DNA of 51,594 bases, filler included, from Sphacelaria rigidula (Eukaryota): the NCBI GenBank assembly GCA_964200075.2. It is 4 parts of 4 records of this genome, joined end to end, with 100 filler letters (N's around TTAATTAATTAA, not from the genome) between each part and the next. Parts side by side here need not be neighbours in the genome. Positions count along the whole stretch, not along the records: positions 1 to 12,825 come from CAXNAA020003388.1; 3 more parts are not named here. The stretch is one strand, 5' to 3'. Positions 1 through 11,465 of the stretch are shown piece by piece; within the stretch, counting starts at the first letter, position 1, and the number at the start of each line of letters is the position of its first letter. The position numbers and the translations under genes are program-made. Under the pieces are notes generated by a model. The model did no database searches. It saw only the letters and a list, made by a program, of their open reading frames with translations, and was not told the DNA's origin.

Positions 1-817
1 TGGCGTCTGTACGGGAGTTGTGTCCGCGGCCGGGGGGGAGGGGGGGTGGGGTGGGGGGGGGGCGCGTCATAAAAGCTAGGCACTACATGTCAGTGGCATA
101 CACCGTCGTCCACGGTAAGCTCGTGGTCTCTACGGTGGGGTAGAGTGATCTTCGGATCAAATCATTGTGAAACGCGCGATCAGTCGTAGGCACCCGGGTA
201 TTCGGAGGTGCGCATGAATCACAAACCAACACTACTGAGTAGTCTGCGTGGTGCAGCCCTGGCCCGCCATCAAAAAGCGAGGCCATATAAACTGAGGCTC
301 GCGCTTTTTCAAACATGTGGGTAGGCATGAGGAACTTGATTCAGCTTTTGTCGCACCGGATGCAGAGCAGCAAGATGATCACAAAAGCTGCAAGCGTGCA
401 AACTGTGAAGACTTCGAGTCTCGGCCATAAACTACTCTCCGAATCCTTGTTTGTTTGTGTTGCGGCCGGATAGGCGTCTTACTACACCATGACTGTCGCG
501 GGAACGAAATCGACGTTCCAGATACCGACTTTGCCGTCGCGTCCCGGTGATCCATTTGCTATCCCAATGGACAGTTGGGGCGGTGCGGGCTCGAAGCCTG
601 ACAGATGGGAAATTTTTATCAGAATCTATCTGGTCTCCATTGTTTCGAGGGTGACGATAGGAGCACAATAGATGCTTCCCCGAGGGTCGACGGCGTGCGG
701 GAGTGCTGATTCAATCCTCGACAACGATATGCCAGTCAGGTACCAAGGGAGATATGGGCTATAATCCCTTGAGACTACGGATGATTCGTCCCGGGGAGGA
801 GGGGACGGGAGGACGGG

Positions 818-960
818 GATTGATTGATTTGGCTGATTGATTGTCACACTTCAACTGACCCCCCAACGGTCCAGCCGTGGTCTCATGAGAGACGTACCCA
901 ACAAAAACAAAAATGAAACGCTCGCTGAAGAAAAGAAGAAACATAAAAGTACAAGAAAAA
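818..960 (-). mobile_element. Retroposon 3' end with (CAAT)n tail; copies at 29500-29678 (+) and about 37190-37295 (-)
   Basis: Shared TTGGGTACGTCT.TCATG.GACCACGGCTGGA...GGGGGTCAGTT.AAGTG.GACAAT, followed by (CAAT)n or poly-A. Confidence 0.6.
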
Positions 961-1599
961 AAAAAACACGCCGCACTACCGGCACACCGAAAAGACGGCT
1001 TGGGCGGATATCGTGGGTTCGAGTCCAACTGGGTGTGGTACTTTTGTACAAAAGTCAGTTTCCGTGTTTGAACAGGTTAGACTTGATAATATTGATAATA
1101 TAACGCTATGCAAGTCGAGCGGCTGCCAGGGTGCTGATTCGGTACCCGATAATGGGGAGAGATGAGTTAATCCGTCGGGACCACGGACTCGTCCCTGGAG
1201 GGGGGGGGGGCGGCAGGGCTAAAATAAACGGATGAGAAAATTCCTCGACAAACACACTTCACAGCCACATCATGGCAACGAAGTAAAGTCCCCGGCGTAG
1301 GGTAAATGTCCCTAGATAAAGGGTACGTTCTGAAGAACATTTCTCAGCAGCAATATGGTCATTTGACCACCGTCGCGGCGAAGTACGAGAGTGTGATACC
1401 CCCGATAACATTTGCAACACCCGTGTGGCCGGCAGTTGAAGCTGAAAACAGCCAACATTCCTCAAAACTTGATACCGCTCGTAACACCGTCGGCATTTTT
1501 GAATATTTGATGGGGATTCGGGAGTACGAATTATCATTACTCCCGAGTGAGACCATCTTTTATGGCGCTCACCAATCTCGATTTTTTCGAGCATTGGGA

Positions 1600-2360
1600 G
1601 AAAAAAATCGGGGGACGCATTTCATGGGAAACCGATTTGGACCAAATCGGAGGCGAAAAATCTGGGAGTAACGATCTTGGAACCGTTTCTCCGTATCGTT
1701 CGGAGATCGCGACTGCGCCCGATTTTTTTGAGGTCATGTACATGCATTGACGTACGATGGTGGGGTACGAGGCGTTTGGTATTTTTGCAACGGCAGCAGC
1801 AGACAGTCTCGTGACAGCGCAGAGCGTGCCTGCCTGCGCCAGCTGCTGAAGTAGCTTCGCACGGGGTTTGACAAGCGGATAGTAAGTGCTGTGCCGTACC
1901 CTGCGGCGATGGTAATTGTTTACGCTGCGCTGCGCTGCGCTGTCATACGTATCACGATAACGAACGCTACTGTACTCTCCTCGTCTGTTGTCGCTGTACT
2001 TGAGGGGTGATGTACGGCACTGCACTACTGAATTCTGCTTGCGCACTGCTTGTTCACTGTTCTCGCGATACCGACTGTGCCATTATGTACTACCCCACGA
2101 CGTGATCATGTACTGTACTGGTGGAGTGTCCTGCACTGTATGTCCCTAGGGTACCAAGGTATGACGCTGTACTCGAAGGATCAGTCACCGCCGACCTGCT
2201 CTTCGGCTTCATGCACGAGTACATGAGTACGCCGTACCACACTCCTGCAGAAAATGACCGTCGGTGCACAGAACTGTTTCACAACTCGGTGCTCCTGCAC
2301 TGTCTGTCTGTACCATAGAACGCTCCCTCCGATTTTGAGTTCGCGACTTTTGAAAAGCCG
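1600..2360 (+). repeat. ~750-bp dispersed non-coding repeat, copy 1
   Basis: Colinear similarity to 19960-20625 (+) and 9237-9850 (-), e.g. CCGATTTGGACCAAATCGG and GCACGGGGTTTGAC.AGCGGATA. Confidence 0.85.
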
Positions 2361-2753
2361 GGGGCTCTAAAAATAGTCGAGATTCGTTTCCATAGAAGTT
2401 GGTCTTACCCACGGTTGAGGACGTGAAGACAGAGGGTGTGTTATACCCCGCCATTCGCCCAAACCCTCAGACTCGTCGTCAACACAACAGCGATGACGGT
2501 CACAGCGACAGGAAGTAAAGGAGCCCGCGCGGGTATACGTATGAAATCCAGCTATGCTTGATCCTGTGAGAGAATCACCGCAATCAATACAGACGCGTAA
2601 TGGAGGACTGCCTACATGTACGCTGAGGTGTATATTCCTCAGGCAGCAGGTCTTGGTCCGCCGGAGACATACGCCAAGTTGCATCTTTTTCCAACTCGAA
2701 AAGCGAGACACTACACTCTGCACACACGTTCAATATCAACACTCATGGCGTAC

Positions 2754-2885
2754 CTTGACATTTTTCAGGTGTGTGTTCATGCTCACGTCCACGCTTGCCA
2801 CCGTTCCATGCACGGTGGTTCCATTCTTTAGCTCCACTGTTACCGTCTCATTGTTCATCTTCATCAAAAACCGCACAAGCTTCAT
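2754..2885 (-). CDS. SNRPD1: Small nuclear ribonucleoprotein Sm D1, first coding exon (rest of gene not found in this contig)
   Basis: Manual translation gives [44 protein letters not shown] (44 aa), the highly conserved Sm D1 N-terminus. ATG at 2885; phase-0 donor AAG|GTACG. Not in the ORF track because it is short. Confidence 0.93.
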
Positions 2886-4454
2886 GGTGCTCCTCTACTT
2901 GTTTACAGAAGCAAGCTAGTGTCCCCTTGCTGGTCGCCCTGCAACACCTCCCCCCCCGCAAGCTGCAAAAGTACCGCAAGGACAAAAATTCCACGCAGGA
3001 ATAGACCCTCCAGCTGCTTCCGCTCCTTTATCTTGGGATAACCGCTCTTACGCACGTCGTGAGTTACTGTATCTGGGATAGGGGATGTCAAAGAAAACAT
3101 CACCGGGGTTAGGTCAGCCATCCGCGCGCGCGATACTGCGGCACAACAGCACAGTCAGCTCGGTGCGGTTCGATGGGCTATACTACTACTGTGACTGCGT
3201 GTGCTGAGAGTAGCGTGTTTAGTGTGGTCGTCGTTCAAAAACAAACGCACAAAACAATAACAAAGCGCGTGTATCGGTAGCCTTTCGGGGGCATACGCAG
3301 AGTCATAAGGCTGTAGGTCTACTAGTTCAAGACAGGTAGCAACACATTGTTGGCGACATGGTCCGTTCGCCACTTCGCGCCTTGCGTGGGTTGGTGGTGC
3401 AGTACCCTCCGTAACCAGGGTGGTAACACCCTGGTTGGCAAACTTTTCATCCTCTGTTTTCTCAATAGCTGTAAAAACTCAGCCACTGAGGATGGGCAAG
3501 TATGTAGAGTTCGTTCATCGATACCATTCGCCATACGGGATTAGTGCGCACAGCACACTGCAGGGAGCATGGCTTTCGAGAAGGTCAACCTTACAATACA
3601 TATCAATAGGGGTGTTATACCCCGTAATTTCACGATAGGTTCATCTCTGTCCGCACAGTTTTTGAAAGCAACATTTCTCTGCGGCGTTAACTTTTTGTAA
3701 AGGCACTCACCTTCCAGCTTCTGAGCGAAAATCAAGCACGCTGTGGAAATATTCACCCACTATCCGATAAGTAGTCGAATGCTGGACGTGTCCTTCGAAA
3801 GCAAAAGTCGTGCAGTCCTGGGAGGACAAAGTTGGTGTGTGATCCGAAAACGCCTCACAATAAAAAATGAAACCTGTGGATAACGGGACGTGAAGCTCTA
3901 GTGTGATGATCTGGGCATACTCAAATCGATTTCACACAGCCATACTGCACCGCCTCGAGACAACGAGTGCAGACAAGGAGAGCGTTTGCTCGAGCTACTG
4001 CTGTGGCTTGTTGAGGTGATGTAACTGGAGGTATAATATTTTACACCATGGTATTATTTGTGCATTTAACGTGTTGCAGTGCTTGGAAAGGCTCCCATCA
4101 GAGCTGTATTGCACGGACTTGTGTCTGCACGCTACTACAAGTACTACTGTTGTTGTACTGTCTGTTGTCCGGACTACGCGTTCATGCTATCGGTCATGTA
4201 TGCACGATGACCTCAGGTTGCACTGCCGTGCAGGAACTTTTCTCTGCACAGTTCCAATTGTTCACTGCGAGACACTATCCTTTTCCTGCCTTGTCCTATT
4301 TCATTCCCAAGTCTTACTATCATCGGGCGATACGGTTGAACGCTGAGCGGTCAATCTTGATTTGAAAATTCGAATCGAACAGCGGTACGTGTTCGTGAAC
4401 TTTCAACTTTCAAACCTCCGACACCGATGTTCTCTAAAATTGTGATTCACTTTA

Positions 4455-4550
4455 CTCTTTGATCGCGAGGGTGTATCATCTGGTCAACAGTGATTTTCCA
4501 CGTGAAATATTTACTGATTGAATACGTGACCAATTCCCGCGATCAAAGGG
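4455..4550. mobile_element. piggyBac-like MITE copy
   Basis: TTTA-CTCTTTGATCGCG...CGCGATCAAAGGG-TTAA. Confidence 0.65.
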
Positions 4551-5102
4551 TTAATACGCCCTACACGTGCAACGACGTTGCCGGAGGTTGTTCGAACACT
4601 CGTTGTCCAGGTACGCACATCATCGACTCAGTGTTCCAAGTGCGGTACTCTACCCTCGTATCGCCATACTATTGTCCGCACGGCTCCTGAAAATTGCTGA
4701 TTTATCTTTGAATGACGGGGGAGGGGGGGGAGGGGGGGGGTGCGAGATTGGGGCGGTGATGCATCATCCTAACTTCGACTACTGTTGTACTTGCAGCTGT
4801 GTCGAAAAGGTCGGATCACGTGCGCCGTGGTGACGGTCATTACCTGCGAACAATGTGGTATCAGAGTAGTACGTAGTTTAGCGTTGCACGTTTCATTCAG
4901 TTGTCAGGCCCTCTCATCAGAGGCGTTCACTGTTGAATGTGCCAGGAACCTCGAGACTGAGATACCATCATCGAGACGAAAATATATTGAAAGAGAAGTT
5001 ATGGAAACAAGAAAGTCCATACGCGTATGGTGTTTCACAGCCTCCTTATCTCGAGAAGTCGTCCGCCTTTCTTATGGGACCCCAAAATATGAGAAGAATG
5101 TG

Positions 5103-5437
5103 ATGATGACTTGACAACACGCGAACAGACCGGGGATTCCGGGCAGGGCGTCGATCATGCGCAAGGCGCATCGGCATTGTCGCACGGTCGAAACGCGGAC
5201 CGTCTCTCGCACGGGGAGAGCAGCAGCAGCAGCAGCAGCAGTTTTGGCGCCGGCTGGTTCAGTCCTGCTCCCAACCGTACATGCTGCTGCTGCTGCTTCT
5301 CCTCTGCCTCGTGCGAGAGACGGCCCGCGTTTCGACCGTGCGACAATTCCGATGCATGCGCCTTGCGCGTGATCGCCGCTCTGCCGGGACGCTCTGCCGG
5401 GAATTCCTGATCTGTTCGAGTGTCGTCAGGTCACCAT
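5103..5437. repeat. Imperfect long inverted repeat (~335 nt foldback); candidate pre-miRNA/hpRNA
   Basis: Arm TCGGCATTGTCGCACGGTCGAAACGCGGACCGTCTCTCGCACG pairs with CGTGCGAGAGACGGCCCGCGTTTCGACCGTGCGACAATTCCGA. (CAG)n/(CTG)n tracts close the inner stem around a ~40-nt loop. Confidence 0.85.
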
Positions 5438-5660
5438 ACTCTCATTATTTTTGTTTTGCCTTCGACAGGAAAGACGGGGAATTTTAGGCGAGCACGAAGT
5501 TACTACTACTGTATTGATAACCGTCCTGTTTTTTTCCCATTCTCACGATTTATTCTCGTTTTTTTGTGTCCCGATAACCTGTTGGATCGGCATCCCTTGC
5601 ACTTGAAACACTACTGCATGTGACCCAGATGGCTTACATTCGCGGCCAAAGGGGTAAGAC

Positions 5661-5909
5661 CAGGGGGGCCCGTATCGGGAAATGGCTGCACCACCGCTCC
5701 CCAGGCCGCAAAACCCTCATTTTGGGGTTGAAGGAGGGGAGGGGGGGTAACCCGGTTCTATGGGGGGGGAGGGTACCCCCTGATCGCTGGATATGGCTAT
5801 AGTAGTTTCTGTACTGCGCCGCACGTGTATTAATCTCACGTTAATTGCATTTGATTAGTTGGAGTTAGTATAGGTGGTGGTGCAACCATTTCCCGATATA
5901 AGGCCCCTC
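5661..5909. mobile_element. hAT-like MITE with ~30-bp TIRs and an 8-bp flanking direct repeat
   Basis: TIRs GGGCCCGTATCGGGAAATGGCTGCACCACC / GGTGGTGCAACCATTTCCCGATATAAGGCCC; GGTAAGAC at 5653-5660 and 5910-5917. Confidence 0.65.
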
Positions 5910-7474
5910 GGTAAGACAGGGCCCGAGAACGGAGGAACAATCCGATGAGAATTCGAAGGGGAACGTGAAAATGGTTGCCACGCGTGGGCTGTTCGTCACT
6001 CTCATTCTCATTGTCACGATGCTTTTCTCGTTTTTCTTGCCTCTATAGGACGGGGCCTTAGCTGCCTCAACCTTTTCCCTCACGAGGCCGTATTTCGCAG
6101 CAACATCACCGGCTGACAGTTCGCTCCGGCTGTCCGTACGCTGCACAAGTAGCGACCGAGGACCTCTGTCTGCGAGCACCACCCTTCATAGACTACATAC
6201 CGTGCATTCCGTGGTCTCCAATCCCCGACTCATGCGAGAAGGCGCGCCTCGCGAGAGGATATTGCCAAAACGCCACAACAAGGACGGGAATAAGGCGCAT
6301 AAAGCGCGCCTAATTTGCGCTCAAAAATCTTGGAGTGGGGCTTGAAAAATTCAAAAATACAGAAGAAGTTTTATAAAAATTATAGAAGCTTGATTTCAAG
6401 ACAAAATCGCGCATACAGAACTCAAGCCTGTACATTGCTCGTCGTGAAGAAAATTAAGAGGGCGAGTACTCGAGTCATGCTTGTTGTGTCTCGAGTGCAC
6501 TCGTTTCGACGAGTAATGACTCGTCCGACGTGTAACATGTTTCGCACCTTTTTGACTGGACCGCTCTTGGAGCGATGTCTTTGTCTTGTGCAATAGAGCT
6601 TACCGCTTGGTAGAAGTCTGATTTTAGTGTGGACATATCTGGATCTCTCAAGGGGGTGCTGTGCTCCTAGGGCGCTGATTTTGAGTTCTGGTAACGCACA
6701 CTCGTCTAGGGAACACTTTGCACTCTCCTTGCCCGAGGATTCTCGGGATGCCTTCGTGGGGGTCAGGATCCTTCTTCAGGAAGGGGATAATCCCCTTTTT
6801 CAAAATTGCCTTTCTGAAAAACGACCGGTGATTGCTCGCTGCGGTACCACCCCCTTCAAAAAAATCCCCTCAACGTGCACAGAAATCCCCTCTCCAGAGG
6901 GGATTTCAGGAAGTGCAGAAACACTTCTTCACATCCCCTCTTCCAGGCGGGATTTCTGTGCACCTCGAAGGGGAACATATGTCCCGTTGAGAGGGGCACA
7001 TGCTAAGGCTTACCACACAATCCAAAACAATTACAGCTGAACCTGAGGAACTTGTTGTCCCCGCGAACCAAAAACACACAGCTCAAGCCGTAGCTGCTCA
7101 TCAGCTGTGCACGTTATGCGTGACCTTGTTCAAATCTGTTTATAATTCATTGAGAAATTATGATTTGTGTGAGACACGCGCGCAGCACACGCTTACAAAA
7201 CGGTCAGCAACGACACGTTTTCGGTTGTTTTTGACACGCACGCGGCCGCCATTTGTCCAATAGAGAACGGATTTCCGTCAAACATGGACTGCCGTATGTA
7301 GATTAGCAAGGGTAGCAGTGAAGCTTGTGCGCGTGAGTGGTGGGTGCTGTCCGTGCCTATTCGGGGCTGGGTGTGTAGGTGTTGTGTTGCCTTGTTCCGT
7401 GATGTCTGCAGCATTACACAGATCTTGGACCTGCTTGGACTAACAACCACTTCCAGACCCGTCGCATTTCTTAA

Positions 7475-7573
7475 CCCTCAGACCGCGAGGGTAGTCTTAT
7501 CTGGATCATGCATACTTTGTTTCACTTGAAATTGATGCCGATTCAACAGAAGACTAACCTCGCGGTGTAACGG
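7475..7573. mobile_element. piggyBac-like MITE (~100 bp) flanked by TTAA
   Basis: TTAA-CCCTCAGACCGCGAGG...CCTCGCGGTGTAACGG-TTAA. Confidence 0.7.
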
Positions 7574-7707
7574 TTAATCTGCGTTCAGATCCGGAGTCCA
7601 ATCTATACGAAACTGCTTGTCGATGGGACTCAGGACTGGTCGTTGTGGGGCCAATCCCCTGTCAAAAGTAGACAGTGAAAAAGGAGATTGTCCCCTTCGA
7701 GAAGAAG

Positions 7708-7738
<31 letters not shown>

Positions 7739-7778
7739 ACCCCCCCCCGACGGAGCGCTGGCGCGCACGGTCGGTTAG

Positions 7779-7788
7779 NNNNNNNNNN
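7779..7788. other. 10-N scaffold gap flanked by low-quality poly-C sequence
   Basis: 10 Ns; long C homopolymers at about 7707-7748 and 7804-7882. Confidence 0.9.
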
Positions 7789-8728
7789 AGTACCCACTCT
7801 TTTCCCCCCCCCCCCCCTCCCCATCCCCCACGAGAAAAAGGGAGTTTTTCCCCGCGGAGAAAAGCCCCCCCCCCCCCCCCCCTTCGTTAAGAAGGGCCCT
7901 TAGGGTTACGGTTAGGGTTAAAGTTAGTGTTATTCGAAATCATAAGTTTCCGAGAAATTTCCCAAACCTACCAAGTGGTCAAGTGAAAGATCGCAGCGTA
8001 GCGGGATCTGTGGTTTGTGGAATGGATACGAATGTGAACAAGCTAGGCTAACGTGAGGCGATTTTGGAACGGTCTATGTAATGAACAGATCACAAAGGTC
8101 GAGAGCTAAGCTTGGGGCAACGAGGAAAGACGGGCCGGCAGTTGAGTTTGAACCCTATTTTTCGTTTTTTTTTACACATGCACAAGGATGCATGTTACGG
8201 TCTAGTTTGGATTTGTGTTGCGTCACATTTGATATTCGAATTAATGACAAATAGTCCACATTCATGAGGGGAGCAAACTAACCAGTACACCTACAGCTCT
8301 GGACAAAAATCTATGGTTGGCAGTTTGACTGGTTAATTTTGGAATGAAGAAGCATTATGAGGAATTCCATCGTTTGGGGCAGATCAGCAGTGGGCCCAGT
8401 GCGTCCAGAATGTGTTTTTGTCCGTGGATAGAACTGCTCCGTGGGAAAAGCGCGTTTCACGGTTCCAACCTCCCGCCAAGACGGTAGAAAGCGTTCAACG
8501 CACGGTGGTTAATGTCGCGGTGGACGCTGGTGCTAGAGTACTCTCAGGAGTGGGGTTATACTTTCATAAGTTCGACAAGGGACGCGACGTTCTATGCTGA
8601 GCATTTTATCCGCCGTCCCCCTTGTGTAGTATCTGGAAGCCCCAGCAAAACGCCTCCTTTCGGACTTCTTGGTATTTATTCACTGATATCCATACAATTT
8701 TCGCCGATACTGTAACCGTGCCATTTAA

Positions 8729-8826
8729 ACCCTTCGACGGCGAGAGTAGGTCATCTGTTGAATCGGTAAAATATTACTTGGAAAAACTACGCATGACCCA
8801 GATGGACTACCCTCGCGATCCAAGGG
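8729..8826. mobile_element. piggyBac-like MITE copy (opposite orientation to 7475-7573)
   Basis: TTAA-ACCCTTCGACGGCGAG...CTCGCGATCCAAGGG-TTAA; shared interior. Confidence 0.65.
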
Positions 8827-8859
8827 TTAACCGAGTATTGCCACAGTGCACCGTGGGGA

Positions 8860-9232
8860 AATACCGCGGTTTGTGTGGTTTGTTCCACGGAGGGGAACAA
8901 TCCGCTCCGTGAAAAAAATCGTGCGACGGACATTTGCTCCGCAATAATCCGTGCTTGAGTAGCGGGTGGATATCCGCTCAGTGACAACCCGTGATTTTTC
9001 CCACTAGCGGATATCCGCTCTGTACCATTTATGAAAAACCGGCTCCGCTCCGTGACATGATCGATGCCAGATATCCGCTCCGCAATAATCCGCGACATTT
9101 TCGATCGCGGGTATCCGCTCCGCCATAATCCGTATTTTTTTCGCACATTCGTATATCCACTCCGCTCCGCTCCGTGAGGTTTGAAGAAAAAATCCGCATT
9201 GCGCGGACTGGATTATCCTCCGTACACATCCC
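8860..9232. repeat. TCCGCTCCG/GGATATCCG motif-rich element (related patches at 21110-21235 and 22495-22655)
   Basis: Many copies of (A)TCCGCT(CCG) and CGGATATCCG palindromes, resembling subterminal repeats of DNA transposons. Confidence 0.6.
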
Positions 9233-9236
9233 TCAT

Positions 9237-9850
9237 CGTTTTCTGCAGGGGTGTCGTCACAATGAAGCCGAAGAACAGGCAAGCAGTGAATCATCTTTCA
9301 AGAGCAGCGTCGTACCGTGATACCCTAGGGTCTAATGCAGTGCAGTACACTCCACAATCACAGTACACGGTAATGCGGTGTGGTAATACATGATGTTACA
9401 GTCGGTATTGCGAGAACAGTGCACACACAGTCTGCGACAAGAGTTCACGAGTGCAGGGCCATTCATCGCCCTGCAAGTACATCGACAGCAGAGTGTAGGA
9501 TACTAAAACACCGTTGGTTATGATGGTACATACGGTGGCGCAGTGCAGCATCAAATATTACTATTGCAGCAGGGTACGGCTTCAACACTTCTTATCCGCT
9601 TGTCAAATCCCGTGCGAAGCTGCTCCAGCACACCCTCTGCTGTCACGACACTGTCTACTGCTGCGGTTACAAACATATCAAACGCCTGTTGCCCTATTAC
9701 GGTACGTCAATATATGTGCGTCACCTCCTACAGATTCGGGGAACCTCGATTTTCCCCCGATCTGCCGTCAGATTCGGGGAAAATCGTTCTCCAATCATGA
9801 TACACGAATCTGAGCTTCCCCGATTTGGGCCAAATTGGGGCCCATACAAG
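9237..9850 (-). repeat. ~750-bp dispersed repeat, copy 2
   Basis: Reverse-complement similarity to 1600-2260. Confidence 0.8.
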
Positions 9851-10302
9851 GCGTTTCCAGATTTCAGGTCCCCTGATCTGCGTACAGATCCGTTTTTGTG
9901 ACTGCCATTCAAGATGGTCGACGTATGTCAGATTCCCTCGGTTCGTTGTTTGTCCCGTTCATCCGTGACGAGATGCGAGGCTTCCCCTCGCACATCGTCC
10001 CACTCTTGTTCAGCTATCCAGAGCCCTCTCCATCAATGCGCCGTTGTAGCTCGATGGACCAGAGCACTCTGCTGTCCGCGGAGAGGCGATGGGTCATGGC
10101 CCTTCATCGGCATTATAGCGTTCATGGTCCTTGTTGGCGTCGAACGGTTGAAGCTCTAACCAACCCGAGCACCTGTCCGTTGTTGTTGTTGTTGTTGTTG
10201 TGTCCGTACACGTGAGCTCCTATCGTTCAGCATGTCTTCCGGAAAATAAGACCCTCCCGCCCCCTCTTCTGGCGGCGGCGTGAAAGGAGAAAAATAAGAT
10301 CA

Positions 10303-10817
10303 ACCTACTCTACCACGTCATCATCCCAGTCGGTGATCCGCGAACGTGCTAATCTTGGACCTGATCCGGACAGCGCAATTGCATGCAACAACGCGGAAAT
10401 TGACTCAGCTTGTCAAGGCCTCACGTCGATAACTCCCAAGATGCAGCAGATGCTGAACGAGCTGCTGGACTCAGCAAAGGCCGGGGAAGATGTACTAGAA
10501 TCGAGGATGACCCTCGTTACCAGCACTGGCGAGTATGTCTGCGCAACCTGGTCGTGTATCAATACACCACCAGATTGCGCAGACATACTCGCCAGTGCGG
10601 TCACGAAGGTCATCCTTTATTCTAGTATATCTTCCCCGGCCTTTGCTGAGTCCAGCAGCTCGTTCAGCGTCTGCTGCATCTTGGGGGCTGTCGACGTGAG
10701 GCCTTGACAAGCTGAGTCAATTTCCGCGTTGTTGCATGCAATTGCGCTGTCCAGATCAGGTCCAAGACTAGCACGTTCGCGGATCACCGACTGGGATGAT
10801 GACGTGGTCGAGTAAGT
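10303..10817. repeat. Near-perfect long inverted repeat (~515 nt hairpin); candidate hpRNA/miRNA locus
   Basis: Arms of ~255 bp are reverse complements with scattered substitutions; centre GTGTAT-CA-ATACAC at about 10560. Confidence 0.93.
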
Positions 10818-11021
10818 CAGTCTAAAAAGATAAGATATATATGATTAAAAAATGCCGTACCGACCTCCGTGAAAATCAAGAGGTTTTTAGAACGGATTTC
10901 GATGAGTTTTGAACGCATGCTGTAATAGATGAGAAAGATACGGAACATCGATTCGACTGTTATATAATCACAACCTTGGCCTTCAATTCCTCAGGTCTTT
11001 TCATCATCTCAAGCAATGCAG

Positions 11022-11465
11022 GCTCATCAACCGTTGCGCAGCGGCGCCAGCAGCATCCCTACAGGTGACGCCTGCAGGGCGAGGTACGACCACCTGGTCT
11101 TCGCTTCGGAACGATGTGCCGCCAGCAACAGAAGCACCAACAAGAGCAACACTCGCTCAACATCTGAGAGGATTCGGGGCAACGATGATACCGTTAGTGG
11201 CGATATTGCCGGTGCCCCACAGAGGCGACGGCTCCTCGAACTGGGAGCCTTGACCTTACTCGAGGCCGAGCTCGAGAGTTTGTCCGTCGCATCCGCTAGT
11301 GGCAACGCGCAGCAGGGGGGGAAGCAATCGACGGCCGCGGTGTGGGGATACGCCTCTTGTTTGAAGGCGATGGTGGACCGACACTACGACAACCTTTGTA
11401 AGTTGGCGTTTTTTGGTACATTGGGGAGGGTCGCGCATGTGCACGTGCAGAAGGAGGAAGCACAG
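11022..11465 (+). CDS. Probable internal exon of an unidentified, possibly helical-repeat protein; 3' boundary uncertain
   Basis: Open frame after acceptor ...AATGCAG|GCT. Protein-like text RRRLLELGALTLLEAELESL...AVWGYASCLKAMVDRHYDNLCKLAFFG. No family recognised. Confidence 0.4.

Noticed and set aside
3413-3436. Perfect 10-bp stem with GTAA tetraloop upstream of Sm D1
   Set aside because: Isolated small hairpin; no recognisable snRNA or other RNA context.
6049-6294. Possible plus-strand exon (DGALAASTFSLTRPYF...)
   Set aside because: Open frame after a TAG acceptor, but no good donor and no recognisable homology.
7574-7903. Poly-Pro/poly-Gly ORFs
   Set aside because: Products of C homopolymers beside an assembly gap.
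10333-10710. Mirror-image ORFs on both strands
   Set aside because: A consequence of the inverted repeat; no evidence of a real CDS. The same applies to 5111-5410.
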